Assembly: GCA_020048405.1 (NCBI GenBank)
Contig: JAIFMP010000021.1
Location: forward strand, 13,077 to 77,076
Source: Hydrogenophaga sp.
Lineage (GTDB): Bacteria; Pseudomonadota; Gammaproteobacteria; Burkholderiales; Burkholderiaceae_C
DNA: 64,000 bases
Reading direction: 5' to 3'
Positions 7,621 to 17,266 of this stretch are shown piece by piece. Under the pieces are notes generated by a model that saw nothing but the letters and a program-made list of their open reading frames with translations, was not told where the DNA came from and ran no database searches. Within the stretch, counting starts at the first letter, position 1. Each line of letters opens with the position of its first letter. The position numbers were made by a program, and so were the translations under genes.

Positions 7621-9480
7621 ATGAACCCTTTGTTTTTGTCTGTGCCGCAGCGTCCACACAGCCGTCTTCGCCTGTCTGCTTTTTCTGTGGCGATTGCCGC
7701 TGCGCTGCCCGCAGCACACGCCCAAACCTCCCCCCAACTGCAAGCCGTGGTGGTCACTGCCACGCGCACCGAGCAACCCCTGACGGATGTGGTGTCCGAT
7801 GTGAGCGTTCTGGACCGCACCGTGATCGAGCGCAGCGGTGCCGCCAGTCTCGCGGATGTGCTCAGCCGTTTGCCTGGTGTCGAATTGACCCGCAACGGCG
7901 GCGCATCAGCGGTCACCAGTATGTACGTTCGTGGCGCTGAAACTCGTCACACCATGCTGCTGATCGACGGTGTGCGCGTTGACTCCCAAAGCACCGGAGG
8001 CCCCACTTGGAGCACTGTTCCCCTGGAGCAGGTCGACCGCATTGAGGTACTTCGTGGGCCAGCCGCAGCCATTTACGGCTCGGATGCCATGGGTGGAGTG
8101 GTGCAGATTTTCACGCGCAAGGGATCCGGGCCTGCTCAGTCAAGCGTGGCGGTGGGTGTGGGGAGCCACGGCACGCGCAAACTCGATGCCAGCGTGGGTG
8201 GCTCACAGGGCCAAATGGACTACTCCCTGGCCATAGGCTCTGAGCGCAACACGGGGTTCAACTCCCAGCCAACCTCGAACCCCGACAAAGACGGTTACCG
8301 GCGCACATCGGGTTCAGCCCGTCTGGGTTGGCAATGGCACCCCGGCCACAAGCTGGAGGCCACCTGGCTCGGGAGCGACGCCAACACGCAGTACGACACT
8401 TTCGCGCTCACTCAGGACGACCGCGCGCTGCAAAGGCTGAGCACGCTGGGTATGAGTTGGTCAGCCCGCTGGAGCGACACCTACCGGACCCGCGTCACGG
8501 TCGCACGGGGCCAGGACCGGTATGAGAGCCAGCCATCCCCTTACCTGGCTGACACGCAATTGCGCTCCTACCTGTTGCACAACGAATGGAAACTGGGCAG
8601 CAACACCCTGACCGCTGGCCTGGAGCGCCGCGAGGATTTTTTGAGCAATGCCAACACCACTCCCACCCAAACACACCGGCGGCAAGACGCCCTGGCGCTG
8701 GGTTACGGCCTCAAGCATGGTCGGCACACCTTGCAAATGAACTTGCGTCGGGACGACGACAGTGAGTTTGGTGCGCACACCACGGGCAGCGCGGCCTACG
8801 CTTGGGCGCTCACGCCACAGTGGCGCCTGACTGCGTCGGCAGGCACCGCCTTCCGGGCCCCCACGCTGTTTCAGCGCTTCAGTATTTACGGCTTGCCCAC
8901 GCTCAAGCCTGAAAGCTCGACCAACGTGGAGGTGGGCGCCAAGTTTGCGGCGGGCCCGCAGTCCTTTTCGGTGGTGGCTTACCGCAACCGTGTGACCGAC
9001 CTGATCAACTACGTCTCGGGCCCCGGCGCTTGCGTCAACGGTGTGGGCTCTTTTGCAGGTTGTTTTGGCAACACGGGGCGCGCCCACTACACAGGTGTCA
9101 CGCTGGCGGGTGGTACGCGTCTGGACCGTGTGGCGCTGACCGCCTCGCTCGACCTGCAAAACCCCACCGACGCCACCACCGGCAAACTGCTGGCCCGTCG
9201 CGCCAAACGCTTGGGCAAACTGGGGGCAGAGACCACCGTCGACGGGTGGAACTTGGCCGCCGACTGGCTGATCAGTGGCCAGCGCTTCAACGACGCGGCC
9301 AACACTCAGCGCCTTGGCGGGTATGGCCTGTTCAACCTGGCGGCCACCAAAGACCTGGCCCAGGGCTGGACGGTGCTGGCCCGCATAGACAACCTTGCAA
9401 ACCGTGACTACCAGACCGTGACCGGTTACGCGACCGCCGGGCGAAGCCTGTACCTGGGCCTGAAGTGGACCGGGCGCTGA
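7621..9480 (+). CDS. btuB: TonB-dependent vitamin B12 outer-membrane receptor
   Basis: Start at MNPLFLS (ATG 7621) with a signal peptide ending AAHA-QT. TonB box/plug region (VVVTATRTEQPL.DV..DVSVLDR, GGA..VTSMYVRG, L.DGVRV) and a beta-barrel C-terminus. It sits directly behind the B12 riboswitch. Confidence 0.9.
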   Translation: MNPLFLSVPQRPHSRLRLSAFSVAIAAALPAAHAQTSPQLQAVVVTATRTEQPLTDVVSDVSVLDRTVIERSGAASLADVLSRLPGVELTRNGGASAVTSMYVRGAETRHTMLLIDGVRVDSQSTGGPTWSTVPLEQVDRIEVLRGPAAAIYGSDAMGGVVQIFTRKGSGPAQSSVAVGVGSHGTRKLDASVGGSQGQMDYSLAIGSERNTGFNSQPTSNPDKDGYRRTSGSARLGWQWHPGHKLEATWLGSDANTQYDTFALTQDDRALQRLSTLGMSWSARWSDTYRTRVTVARGQDRYESQPSPYLADTQLRSYLLHNEWKLGSNTLTAGLERREDFLSNANTTPTQTHRRQDALALGYGLKHGRHTLQMNLRRDDDSEFGAHTTGSAAYAWALTPQWRLTASAGTAFRAPTLFQRFSIYGLPTLKPESSTNVEVGAKFAAGPQSFSVVAYRNRVTDLINYVSGPGACVNGVGSFAGCFGNTGRAHYTGVTLAGGTRLDRVALTASLDLQNPTDATTGKLLARRAKRLGKLGAETTVDGWNLAADWLISGQRFNDAANTQRLGGYGLFNLAATKDLAQGWTVLARIDNLANRDYQTVTGYATAGRSLYLGLKWTGR

Positions 9481-9484
9481 CCCC

Positions 9485-10303
9485 ATGAACGCCAGCCTGG
9501 GCCCGCAGCGCATCGTCTGCCTCACCGAAGAAACCACCGAGTGGCTCTACCTGCTGGGGCAGGAAGCGCGCATCGTGGGCATCAGCGGCTACACCGTTCG
9601 ACCCCGCCGCGCACGTGAGGAGAAGCCCAAGGTCAGCGCGTTTCTGAACGCCAAGATCGACAAAATCCTGGCATTGCAGCCTGACTGCGTGTTTGGTTTT
9701 TCAGATTTGCAGGCCGACATCGCGGCCCAACTCATCCGTGCGGGGGTGCAGGTCACGGTGTTCAACCAGCGCAGCGTGAGCGAGATTTTTTCCATGCTGT
9801 ATCAGTTGGCCGCCATGGTGGGCTGCGCTGACGAAGGCTTGCGCCGCATCCAAGAAATGCAGGCCGGTTTGGATGCCATCCGCGCTCAGTCCGCTGCACG
9901 CAAAGCGGCGGGCAAGCGCCGACCGCGGGTGTTTTTTGAAGAATGGGACGAGCCCCACATCAGTGCCATCCGCTGGGTATCCGAGCTGGTGGGTATTGCC
10001 GGCGGTGACGACTGTTTTCCCGAACTGGCCAACCAAGCCATGGGCAAGGACCGCATCATTGCCAGCGGTGAGGAGATCGTGCGGCGCAACCCCGAGATTG
10101 TCATCGGCTCGTGGTGCGGTAAGAAGTTTCGGGCCGAGAAGGTGGCGACCCGACCCGGCTGGCAAGACGTGGCCGCCGTGCGCAACGGGCAACTGTTAGA
10201 GATCAAGTCGCCCGACATCCTCCAGCCCGGCCCCGCTGCACTGACCGACGGTGTGGCGCAGCTGGCCAGCATCATTGGGCGTTGGAGCGAACAACATGGC
10301 TGA
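9485..10303 (+). CDS. BtuF/TroA-like cobalamin-binding protein paralog without an evident signal peptide
   Basis: 272 aa with class-III periplasmic-binding-protein-like sequence (RIVCLTEETTEWLYLLG, ...PDCVFGFSD). I recognised no N-terminal hydrophobic leader. Confidence 0.7.
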   Translation: MNASLGPQRIVCLTEETTEWLYLLGQEARIVGISGYTVRPRRAREEKPKVSAFLNAKIDKILALQPDCVFGFSDLQADIAAQLIRAGVQVTVFNQRSVSEIFSMLYQLAAMVGCADEGLRRIQEMQAGLDAIRAQSAARKAAGKRRPRVFFEEWDEPHISAIRWVSELVGIAGGDDCFPELANQAMGKDRIIASGEEIVRRNPEIVIGSWCGKKFRAEKVATRPGWQDVAAVRNGQLLEIKSPDILQPGPAALTDGVAQLASIIGRWSEQHG

Positions 10304-11213
10304 AGTTAGCGTGGCTCACTTTTTGCGACTGTTCGCTTGGGCCATGTTATGCATCGGATCTGCAGGGCTGCAAGCGGCTGAACTTTCGGTGACCGACGAC
10401 CGGGGCCGCACCGTCACCCTGGCGGCACCACCGCAGCGTGTGGTGAGTTTGCTGCCGTCGCTCAGTGAAACTGTGTGCGAGCTGGGCCAGTGTCACCGCC
10501 TGGTGGGGGTGGACCGTTATTCCAATTTCCCGGCTGCGCTGCAAAAGCTGCCGCAAATGGGCGGTGGGCTTGACCCGAACATCGAGGCCGTGGTGGCCGC
10601 CCGGCCTGACCTGGTGTTGATCGCAACGTCCGCCCGCGCCGCCGAGCGGCTGGAAGCGCTGGGCCTGAAGGTGGTGGTGCTGGAGCCCAAAAACCACGAG
10701 GATGTGCAACGTGTGCTGCGCCGGGTGGCCCAGGCCCTTGGCCTGTCGCTGGCCGAAGCCGACCGAGTGTGGCAGCACATTGACGCAGCGGCGGCGGCGG
10801 CGGCGCAATCGCTTCCAGCGAGCGCGAAAGGCGCGCGGGTGTATTTCGAAGTGAACCGCGCACCCTATGGCGCTGGGGCAACGTCGTTCATTGGTGAAAC
10901 ACTTGCCCGGCTGGGCGTGCAGAACATTCTGGGGCCTGAGTTGGGGCCGTTTCCCAAAATCAACCCCGAGTTGGTGGTGCGCGCCAACCCCGATGTGATC
11001 ATGGTGGGTGAGCGCCACGCCACGGGCATGACCGATCGCCCTGGCTGGAAGGGCATGCGTGCCGTGCGCGACAACCGCATCTGTGTGTTCGGCCTGGACG
11101 AATCTGACGTGCTGGTGCGCGCAGGCCCCCGCATGGCCGAAGCGGCACGGCTGATGGCCCGCTGCCTGACCGACAAGGTGGCTCCCCGGGCTTCGCAAGG
11201 GCCCAAGCCGTGA
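10296..11213 (+). CDS. btuF: periplasmic vitamin B12-binding protein
   Basis: The ATG at 10296 overlaps the previous stop. Signal-like N-terminus (FAWAMLCIGSAGLQA-AE), then the BtuF-like pattern (RVVSLLPSLSETVCELG...VGVDRYSN.P). Confidence 0.8.
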   Translation: MAEVSVAHFLRLFAWAMLCIGSAGLQAAELSVTDDRGRTVTLAAPPQRVVSLLPSLSETVCELGQCHRLVGVDRYSNFPAALQKLPQMGGGLDPNIEAVVAARPDLVLIATSARAAERLEALGLKVVVLEPKNHEDVQRVLRRVAQALGLSLAEADRVWQHIDAAAAAAAQSLPASAKGARVYFEVNRAPYGAGATSFIGETLARLGVQNILGPELGPFPKINPELVVRANPDVIMVGERHATGMTDRPGWKGMRAVRDNRICVFGLDESDVLVRAGPRMAEAARLMARCLTDKVAPRASQGPKP

Positions 11214-12340
11214 ACCTGAGTGCCCGCCCTGCAACCCAAGCCTCGGCCACCCGGGCCCGGCGTCCCGACACAGGCCTGCGGCGTGCGGCGTGGCTGGGGG
11301 CTGGCCTGCTGTTGGCGGCGGCTGGCCTGGCCGTCTTCAGCCTGACCGTGGGCAGCACCGGCGTGGAGCCCATGGCCCAGGTGTGGGTGCACCTGGGGGC
11401 TCCCCTTGGAGGCCTTTTGGGGACCCATTCGGGGTTGCCAGCAGGCGGGATGGACTTGTCGGCCGGGGCAGATGCCACCATGGCTGCGCAAATCGTGTGG
11501 GACATTCGTGCCCCGCGCACGCTGGGTGCGTTCCTGGCCGGGGCTTTGCTTGGCTTGGCTGGGGCAGTGGCGCAGGGCTTGTTTCGCAATCCGCTGGCCG
11601 ACCCGTTCTTGCTGGGCAGTGCCTCGGGGGCCACGCTGGGCGTGGCGGCGGCGCTTTCTCTGCTGGGCATCAGCCCGATGGCCACTGGTTGGGTGGCACG
11701 CGCAGGGCTCACTGGGGCGGCTTTTGTGGGCGCTGTGTTGTCCGTGCTGCTGACGCTGCTGCTGGCCCGGGGCGTGCAGCACACGTTGCGGCTGCTGCTG
11801 GCGGGCGTGGTGGTGGGGGTGGTGCTGGGGGCGCTCAGCTCGCTGGTCACGCTGCTTTCGCCCGACATCTTGCAGGCCATGCAGGGGTTCATGCTGGGTT
11901 CCACCGCGTTTGTGGGTTGGGCAGCAGTGGCGGTGATGGCCGCGGTGTGGCTGCCATGCTTGGCCGTGGGGCTGGCGTTTTCAAGGGTGCTGGACGGTTT
12001 GAGCCTGGGCGAATCCACCGCCGCCAGCCTGGGGTTGCCTTTGGGTGCTTTGCGCGTGGCGCTGGTGGGCGTGCTGGCCCTGGCCACGGGCACGGCGGTG
12101 GCGCAAACGGGGCTCATTGCCTTTGTGGGTTTGGCTGCGCCGCATTTGGTGCGCTCGGCCGTCAAAACCACCCACGCCCGGCTGCTGGCTTTGTCAAGCC
12201 TGATGGGTGGCGTCCTGCTGTTGCTGGCCGACACGCTGGCGCGCGGCGTCATGGCTCCACAGGAATTGCCCGTGGGCGTGCTCACCGCTGTGCTGGGTGG
12301 TGGCTACCTGCTGTGGCTGATGCATCGGCGGGTGGGGTAG
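11210..12340 (+). CDS. btuC: FecCD-family ABC permease (B12 import)
   Basis: 376 aa and polytopic. Motifs IRAPRTLGAFLAGALLGLAGAV.QGLFRNPLADP.LLG.SSGA and the C-terminal ELPVGVLTA.LGG.YLLWL are typical of BtuC/FecCD. The GTG start overlaps the btuF stop. Confidence 0.85.
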   Translation: MNLSARPATQASATRARRPDTGLRRAAWLGAGLLLAAAGLAVFSLTVGSTGVEPMAQVWVHLGAPLGGLLGTHSGLPAGGMDLSAGADATMAAQIVWDIRAPRTLGAFLAGALLGLAGAVAQGLFRNPLADPFLLGSASGATLGVAAALSLLGISPMATGWVARAGLTGAAFVGAVLSVLLTLLLARGVQHTLRLLLAGVVVGVVLGALSSLVTLLSPDILQAMQGFMLGSTAFVGWAAVAVMAAVWLPCLAVGLAFSRVLDGLSLGESTAASLGLPLGALRVALVGVLALATGTAVAQTGLIAFVGLAAPHLVRSAVKTTHARLLALSSLMGGVLLLLADTLARGVMAPQELPVGVLTAVLGGGYLLWLMHRRVG

Positions 12341-12343
12341 GGC

Positions 12344-13124
12344 ATGGCAACTTCAATAGCTGTCAATGCACGCCAGATCAGCGCAAGCCTGGGTTTGGGC
12401 TCCAAAAAACACACTGTGCTGCACGGCGTGAGCCTGGACGTGCCGGTTGGGCGCTGGCTCAGCATCGTCGGGCCCAACGGCGCGGGCAAATCCACTTTGC
12501 TGAAATGCCTGGGGGGCCTGCTGCCATGCAGTGGCAGCGTGCAACTGCTGGGTCGTGACCTGTCTGTCTGGAGCCCGCAGGAACGTGCCCGGCACCTGAG
12601 CTGGCTGGGGCAGGGCGGGGCGGGGGCCGATGGCGCAGACGACCTCACCGCCTACGACGTGACCATGCTGGGCCGTTTGCCGCACCAGAGCTGGCTCAGC
12701 CCACCATGCCGCCGTTGAACGCGCCCTGCACCAGACACAGGCCTGGGGATGGGCCTGCACACCGCTGGGCGAGCTTTCAGGCGGAGAACGCCAGCGTGTG
12801 TTGCTGGCCCGCGCCCTGGCGGTGGAGGCCGATGTGCTGCTGATGGACGAACCCTTGGCCAACCTGGATCCACCCCACCAAGCCGACTGGCTGCTGCTGG
12901 TGCGCCAACTGGTGGCCAGCGGCAAAACGGTGGTCAGTGTGCTGCACGAAATTTCCACGGCGCTGGCAGCTGACGATGTGCTGGTGCTGCAGCGGGGGCA
13001 AGTGTTGCACTGCGGCCCCAGCGGTCATGCAGATACCCACCGCGCTTTGGAGGCGGTTTTTGAGCACCGGATTGGCATACACCGACTGATGGATCAGTGG
13101 GTGTCGCTACCCAAGTTGAAGTGA
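12344..13124 (+). pseudogene. btuD: ABC ATP-binding protein (BtuD/FecE-like) interrupted by a 1-nt frameshift
   Basis: Walker A (GPNGAGKSTLL) lies in frame 2 and stops at 12718. The signature and Walker B ([27 protein letters not shown]) plus the H-loop continue in frame 0, which is open from 12663. The two frames can be joined around 12699-12705. Confidence 0.8.
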
Positions 13125-13128
13125 CCCC

Positions 13129-13938
13129 ATGGTCCATCGCTGGCATGCCCTTGTATTGCACGAACTACGCTTGGCGCTGGTGGCCGTGCAGTTCCTCACC
13201 CGCGTGCCGGTGCCTGGCTGGGTGGGGCACGGGTTTCAGGCCGATTGGCTCAACACCTGCGTGCGCTACTTTCCGGCGGTGGGGGCCTTGGTGGGGACCT
13301 TTGGCGCGGCGGTGTTGTGGGTTGCGCTGTGGTGGTGGCCACCCGCAGTGGCGGCGGTGCTGGCCGTGGCAGCCACGGTTTGGCTGACCGGTGCGTTCCA
13401 CGAAGACGGGCTGGCCGACACCTTCGACGCCTTGGGGGGTTATGTGCCGCGCGAAAAGGCATTGGCCATCATGAAAGATTCGCGGATTGGCACCTACGGG
13501 GCCGCCGCACTGGTGCTGGGCCTGGGGCTGCGGGTGGTGCTGTTGGCTGCGCTGGCGTCGGTCAACCTCACGGCCGCCCTGCTGGCCCTGGTGGCCGCCC
13601 ACGCTGTGGGCCGCACTGCGGCTGTGGGCGTGATGGCCTGGCTGCCCTACGCAGGAGACGCCGAGCACGCCAAAGCCAAACCCCTGGCGCTGGCCGTGCC
13701 CCGTGCCACCGTGGTCTTGGCTCTGGTGGCAGGTGTCGCTGTGCTGTTCGGTTTGGCAGGGGTGCCCGGTGGCTTTACTCCCTCCCGTTGGCTGGCGGTG
13801 GCCGGTGCGGCGGTGGTGGCGGTGGTGGCCATGCACCGCTGGCTGCGACGGCGGCTGGGGGGCTACACGGGGGACGCGTTGGGCGCTACCGAGCAGCTCA
13901 CCGAAATGGCCGTGTTGCTCGTGCTGGCGGCGGCATGA
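13129..13938 (+). CDS. cobS: adenosylcobinamide-GDP ribazoletransferase (cobalamin synthase)
   Basis: 269 aa membrane protein with CobS motifs (A.QFLTR.PVP, YFP.VG...G, GAFHEDGLADT.DALGG). Confidence 0.9.
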   Translation: MVHRWHALVLHELRLALVAVQFLTRVPVPGWVGHGFQADWLNTCVRYFPAVGALVGTFGAAVLWVALWWWPPAVAAVLAVAATVWLTGAFHEDGLADTFDALGGYVPREKALAIMKDSRIGTYGAAALVLGLGLRVVLLAALASVNLTAALLALVAAHAVGRTAAVGVMAWLPYAGDAEHAKAKPLALAVPRATVVLALVAGVAVLFGLAGVPGGFTPSRWLAVAGAAVVAVVAMHRWLRRRLGGYTGDALGATEQLTEMAVLLVLAAA

Positions 13939-14510
13939 ACATCCCCCCGATGCTTTGGGTATGGCGGCACCCCAAACCCCATGGGGCGGGCGGCCGCTGC
14001 GTGGGCCGCACCGATGTGCCAGTGGACCCTCGCCGCAGCAAACGGCTGGCCCGGCGTATCCAGGCCACGGCCCGTCGTGAACACCTGCCACGTGTGGTGT
14101 TTACTTCGCCCCTGCAGCGAGCCGCCGACGTGGGCCGCTGGCTGCGGCGCTGGGGCTGGGTTCACCGGGTAGATGTCGCCCTGCTGGAAACCGACTTTGG
14201 CCGCTGGGAAGGTCGGGCTTGGGCCCACATCGCCCGCGCTGAGGTGGACGCCTGGTGCGCCGACTTTGCCCACCACGCCCCCGGTGGTGGCGAGCCACTG
14301 GTGGCGTTGCTGCAACGTGCAGCGGCGTGGACGCCACCCGGTGTTGTCCACGGCGTGGTACCCGGCCCTGCTGTGGTGGTGGGCCATGCGGGCTGGATGC
14401 TGGCGCGTCGCTGGTGCGAGGCCCGGGGCCCCGCAGAATGGCCCCAGGCCAGCGACTGGCCACCGCCGCCGGGCACGCCGGGTTATGGGGTGTGCTGGCG
14501 TTTTGGATAA
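13935..14510 (+). CDS. cobC: histidine phosphatase family protein, probable alpha-ribazole phosphatase
   Basis: 191 aa, with its ATG overlapping the cobS stop (ATGA). RHP...G, TSPLQRA and GHAG motifs of the PGM/histidine phosphatase family. The specific function is inferred from operon context. Confidence 0.6.
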   Translation: MNIPPMLWVWRHPKPHGAGGRCVGRTDVPVDPRRSKRLARRIQATARREHLPRVVFTSPLQRAADVGRWLRRWGWVHRVDVALLETDFGRWEGRAWAHIARAEVDAWCADFAHHAPGGGEPLVALLQRAAAWTPPGVVHGVVPGPAVVVGHAGWMLARRWCEARGPAEWPQASDWPPPPGTPGYGVCWRFG

Positions 14511-14566
14511 TTACATATAAAAAGCGCTTTTCAAGCATGATGGTAAAGCGTGGAATGCTTCAAAAA

Positions 14567-16156
14567 ATGAACACTGATCTGGCCTGTTGTGTCATGGTGC
14601 TGGGCACCACCAGCGGGGCGGGCAAAAGCTGGCTCACCACCGCGCTGTGCCGCTGGTACGCGAACCAGGGGCTGAAGGTGGCCCCGTTCAAAGCTCAGAA
14701 CATGAGCAATAACGCCCGGGTGGTGGCGGGGCAGGGGGATGACACGTGGGGCGAGATCGGTAGCGCCCAATACTTTCAGGCCCTGGCTGCCCGCGCCGAT
14801 CCCGACGTGCGCATGAACCCCTTGCTGCTCAAACCCGAGGCCGACACCCACAGCCAGGTGGTGCTGATGGGCCGGGTCAGCAGGGAGTTGTCTGACACCC
14901 CCTGGCGCGAGCGCAGCCTGAAGGTGTGGCCACAGATTGCCGCCGCACTGGACGAATTGCGGGCCGACAACGACGTGGTGGTGATCGAGGGCGCGGGCTC
15001 GCCCGCCGAAATCAACCTGTACGACAGCGACATCGTCAACATGCGCGTGGCCCGCCACGCCAACGCCGCATGCCTGCTGGTGTCAGACATTGACCGGGGA
15101 GGCGCGTTTGCCCACCTGTACGGCACCTGGGCGCTGCTGCCCGAAGTTGATCGCCAGCTCATCAAAGGCTTTGTGCTGAACAAGTTCCGGGGCGATGCCA
15201 GCTTGCTGGCGCCCGCGCCGCAAATGCTGCAAGACCTCACCGGCATTCCCACCGTGGCCACCATTCCCATGCAGTGGCACCACGGCCTGCCAGAAGAAGA
15301 TGGGGTGTTTGATGATGCCCCCACGCTTGGGGCCAATGCCCCGGCGTTACAGTTTGCCCGCAGCCACTCCAGCGGCACGGTACGCCTGACGGTGGCCGTG
15401 GTGGCCTACCCCCGCATCAGCAACCTGGACGAATTCCAGCCGCTGAAAAACGTGCCCGGTTTGCGGCTGGTGTGGGCCCGAACCCCTGCCGATCTGGTGG
15501 GGGCCGACTGGGTGGTGTTGCCTGGCAGCAAGTCCACCGTGGCCGATCTGGCCTGGCTGCGCCAGCAGGGGCTGGACGCTGCGGTGTGCGCCCATGCCTC
15601 GGCCGGTGGGGCGGTGCTGGGCATTTGCGGCGGGCTGCAAATGCTGGGCGAGGCCATCGTGGACCCCTTGGGTGTGGAAAGCACGCATCCCCTGGGCGGC
15701 GACGCGCCCGGCTTGGGGCTGTTGCCCCTGGTCACGGCGTTTGGAGCCCACAAGGCGGTGCGCCGCACCCGCACGCGGTTTGGCGACTTGGCGGGGCCTT
15801 GGGCCCCGCTGTCGGGTGTGGCGGTATCGGGCTACGAGATACACCTTGGGAACACCGCGCAGCACCCTGCCATGGCCGCCAAGGGCGATGTGGCACAAGT
15901 GGTGTTGCCTTCAGGCTTGGGCTGGCAGGGCGGTCAGGGTGGTCGGGGCAACGTGCTTGGGCTTTATGTGCACGGCCTGTTTGAAGACCCGGCGGTGCTG
16001 CAGGCCCTGTTCGGGCACCAGGCGCCCGGCCTGGACACCGTGTTTGATGGACTAGCTACTGCTGTGGCCCAACACTTCGCCCCGGGCTGGCTGCAGCAGT
16101 GGGGGCCTCAGCCCTTGGCCCAGGGCATGGGGGTCATGGGCGGGAAGCGGGTGTGA
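14567..16156 (+). CDS. cobQ: cobyric acid synthase
   Basis: VMVLGTTSGAGKSWLTTALCR..A..G.KVAPFKAQNMSNNA and the C-terminal glutaminase domain (GICGGLQMLG, GYEIH.G) match CobQ. The start is ambiguous (ATG at 14537, 14555 or 14567). The track start at 14255 lies inside cobC. Confidence 0.85.
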   Translation: MNTDLACCVMVLGTTSGAGKSWLTTALCRWYANQGLKVAPFKAQNMSNNARVVAGQGDDTWGEIGSAQYFQALAARADPDVRMNPLLLKPEADTHSQVVLMGRVSRELSDTPWRERSLKVWPQIAAALDELRADNDVVVIEGAGSPAEINLYDSDIVNMRVARHANAACLLVSDIDRGGAFAHLYGTWALLPEVDRQLIKGFVLNKFRGDASLLAPAPQMLQDLTGIPTVATIPMQWHHGLPEEDGVFDDAPTLGANAPALQFARSHSSGTVRLTVAVVAYPRISNLDEFQPLKNVPGLRLVWARTPADLVGADWVVLPGSKSTVADLAWLRQQGLDAAVCAHASAGGAVLGICGGLQMLGEAIVDPLGVESTHPLGGDAPGLGLLPLVTAFGAHKAVRRTRTRFGDLAGPWAPLSGVAVSGYEIHLGNTAQHPAMAAKGDVAQVVLPSGLGWQGGQGGRGNVLGLYVHGLFEDPAVLQALFGHQAPGLDTVFDGLATAVAQHFAPGWLQQWGPQPLAQGMGVMGGKRV

Positions 16157-17265
16157 ATTTCCCGGGTGTCGCCGTACACCATGGGGCTTTGCATCGCCAG
16201 CACCACCTCGGTCACGTGCAAGGCCCAGCGGGCCGTCAAGTGGGGGGATGTGCCGTTGGCCAGGGCTTCGCCCAAATCGGCAATGCCCCGGCAGAAGTCC
16301 ATCCCGTTTTTGCCGAACAAACCCCGGCCTTTCACGGGCGGTTGGCGTACCAGTGGCACGCGCTTGGGCCCCAGGCCCGTCAAGCGGGCCAGCAAGGGGT
16401 ACTTTTCAGCGCGTGAGGTCCAGCGGTTGCGCCGGGTGAGGTGCACGGGGGCACCGTAGTCCCAGATGCGGTCGATGCTGATGGTGCCGTCGTCTCCAAA
16501 AAAGCGCATGCGATGGTCATGGGCCCCGTAAATGCTGCAAGTCAGACGCGCCACCACGCCGTTGCCAAACTCGAAGCACGCGGCGGCAAAATCAGGGGCG
16601 GGTTGCAGGCCCACAAAGCCTTTGTCGGGTTGCACCACGCGCGAAAACGTGGTCATGCGGTGCACGGGGCCAAAAAACGCCGTGAGCCAGGTCAGGTGGT
16701 AGCCCGCGTGTTCCAGGGTACATCCCACTTCAAATTCGTCTTGGGCGGGCCAGGGCGCGCCGGATGCGCTGATCCATTTTGCGTGGTCCATGGCGGCCAC
16801 GTTGCCGTCGTCCAGCTCTGCGTACACCAGACGTGGAGTGCCGATTTGCTGCTGGCGCAGCAACTTCCAGATGGTTTGGGCGGTTTCCCCCAGCACGCTG
16901 CACGGTGCACTGGTGATGAACAGCCCCCGGGCCTCGGCCATTTCGACCAAGGTCTGGGCATCGGGCAATTCGGTGGCCAGGGGCTTTTCCGAGTAGACAT
17001 GTTTGTGTGCCAGCAGCGCAGCTTCGGACACCTTGAAGTGTTCGCGCGGGTTGGTGAGGTTGGCCACCAGCTCCACCGCACCATCGGTCAACAGTGCCTG
17101 GTAAGAGACGTAGGCACGGACGCCGTGGAAGGCGCAAAAGGCACGCAGGCGTTCGGGGTCGCGGTCCCATACACCTTGAAGACGCAGCTCGGGGTGGCTT
17201 TTCAGTGCCTCCATGTATAGGTCTGCCACGTAGCCGCAGCCCACGATGGCGAAGTGCAAGGTCAT
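16108..17265 (-). CDS. Gfo/Idh/MocA family NAD(P)-dependent oxidoreductase
   Basis: 385 aa with an N-terminal Rossmann motif (FAIVGCGYVA) and the EKP motif (VYSEKPLA). It converges on and overlaps the cobQ 3' end by about 49 nt. Confidence 0.8.
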   Translation of the reverse strand: MTLHFAIVGCGYVADLYMEALKSHPELRLQGVWDRDPERLRAFCAFHGVRAYVSYQALLTDGAVELVANLTNPREHFKVSEAALLAHKHVYSEKPLATELPDAQTLVEMAEARGLFITSAPCSVLGETAQTIWKLLRQQQIGTPRLVYAELDDGNVAAMDHAKWISASGAPWPAQDEFEVGCTLEHAGYHLTWLTAFFGPVHRMTTFSRVVQPDKGFVGLQPAPDFAAACFEFGNGVVARLTCSIYGAHDHRMRFFGDDGTISIDRIWDYGAPVHLTRRNRWTSRAEKYPLLARLTGLGPKRVPLVRQPPVKGRGLFGKNGMDFCRGIADLGEALANGTSPHLTARWALHVTEVVLAMQSPMVYGDTREIHTRFPPMTPMPWAKG

Positions 17266-17266
17266 G

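Noticed and set aside
9449-9480. The BtuB C-terminus ends …LGLKWTGR rather than with the usual terminal aromatic residue of TonB-dependent receptors
   Set aside because: The barrel sequence up to that point is intact and the stop is followed directly by the next gene. I cannot tell natural variation from a 3' lesion without an alignment.
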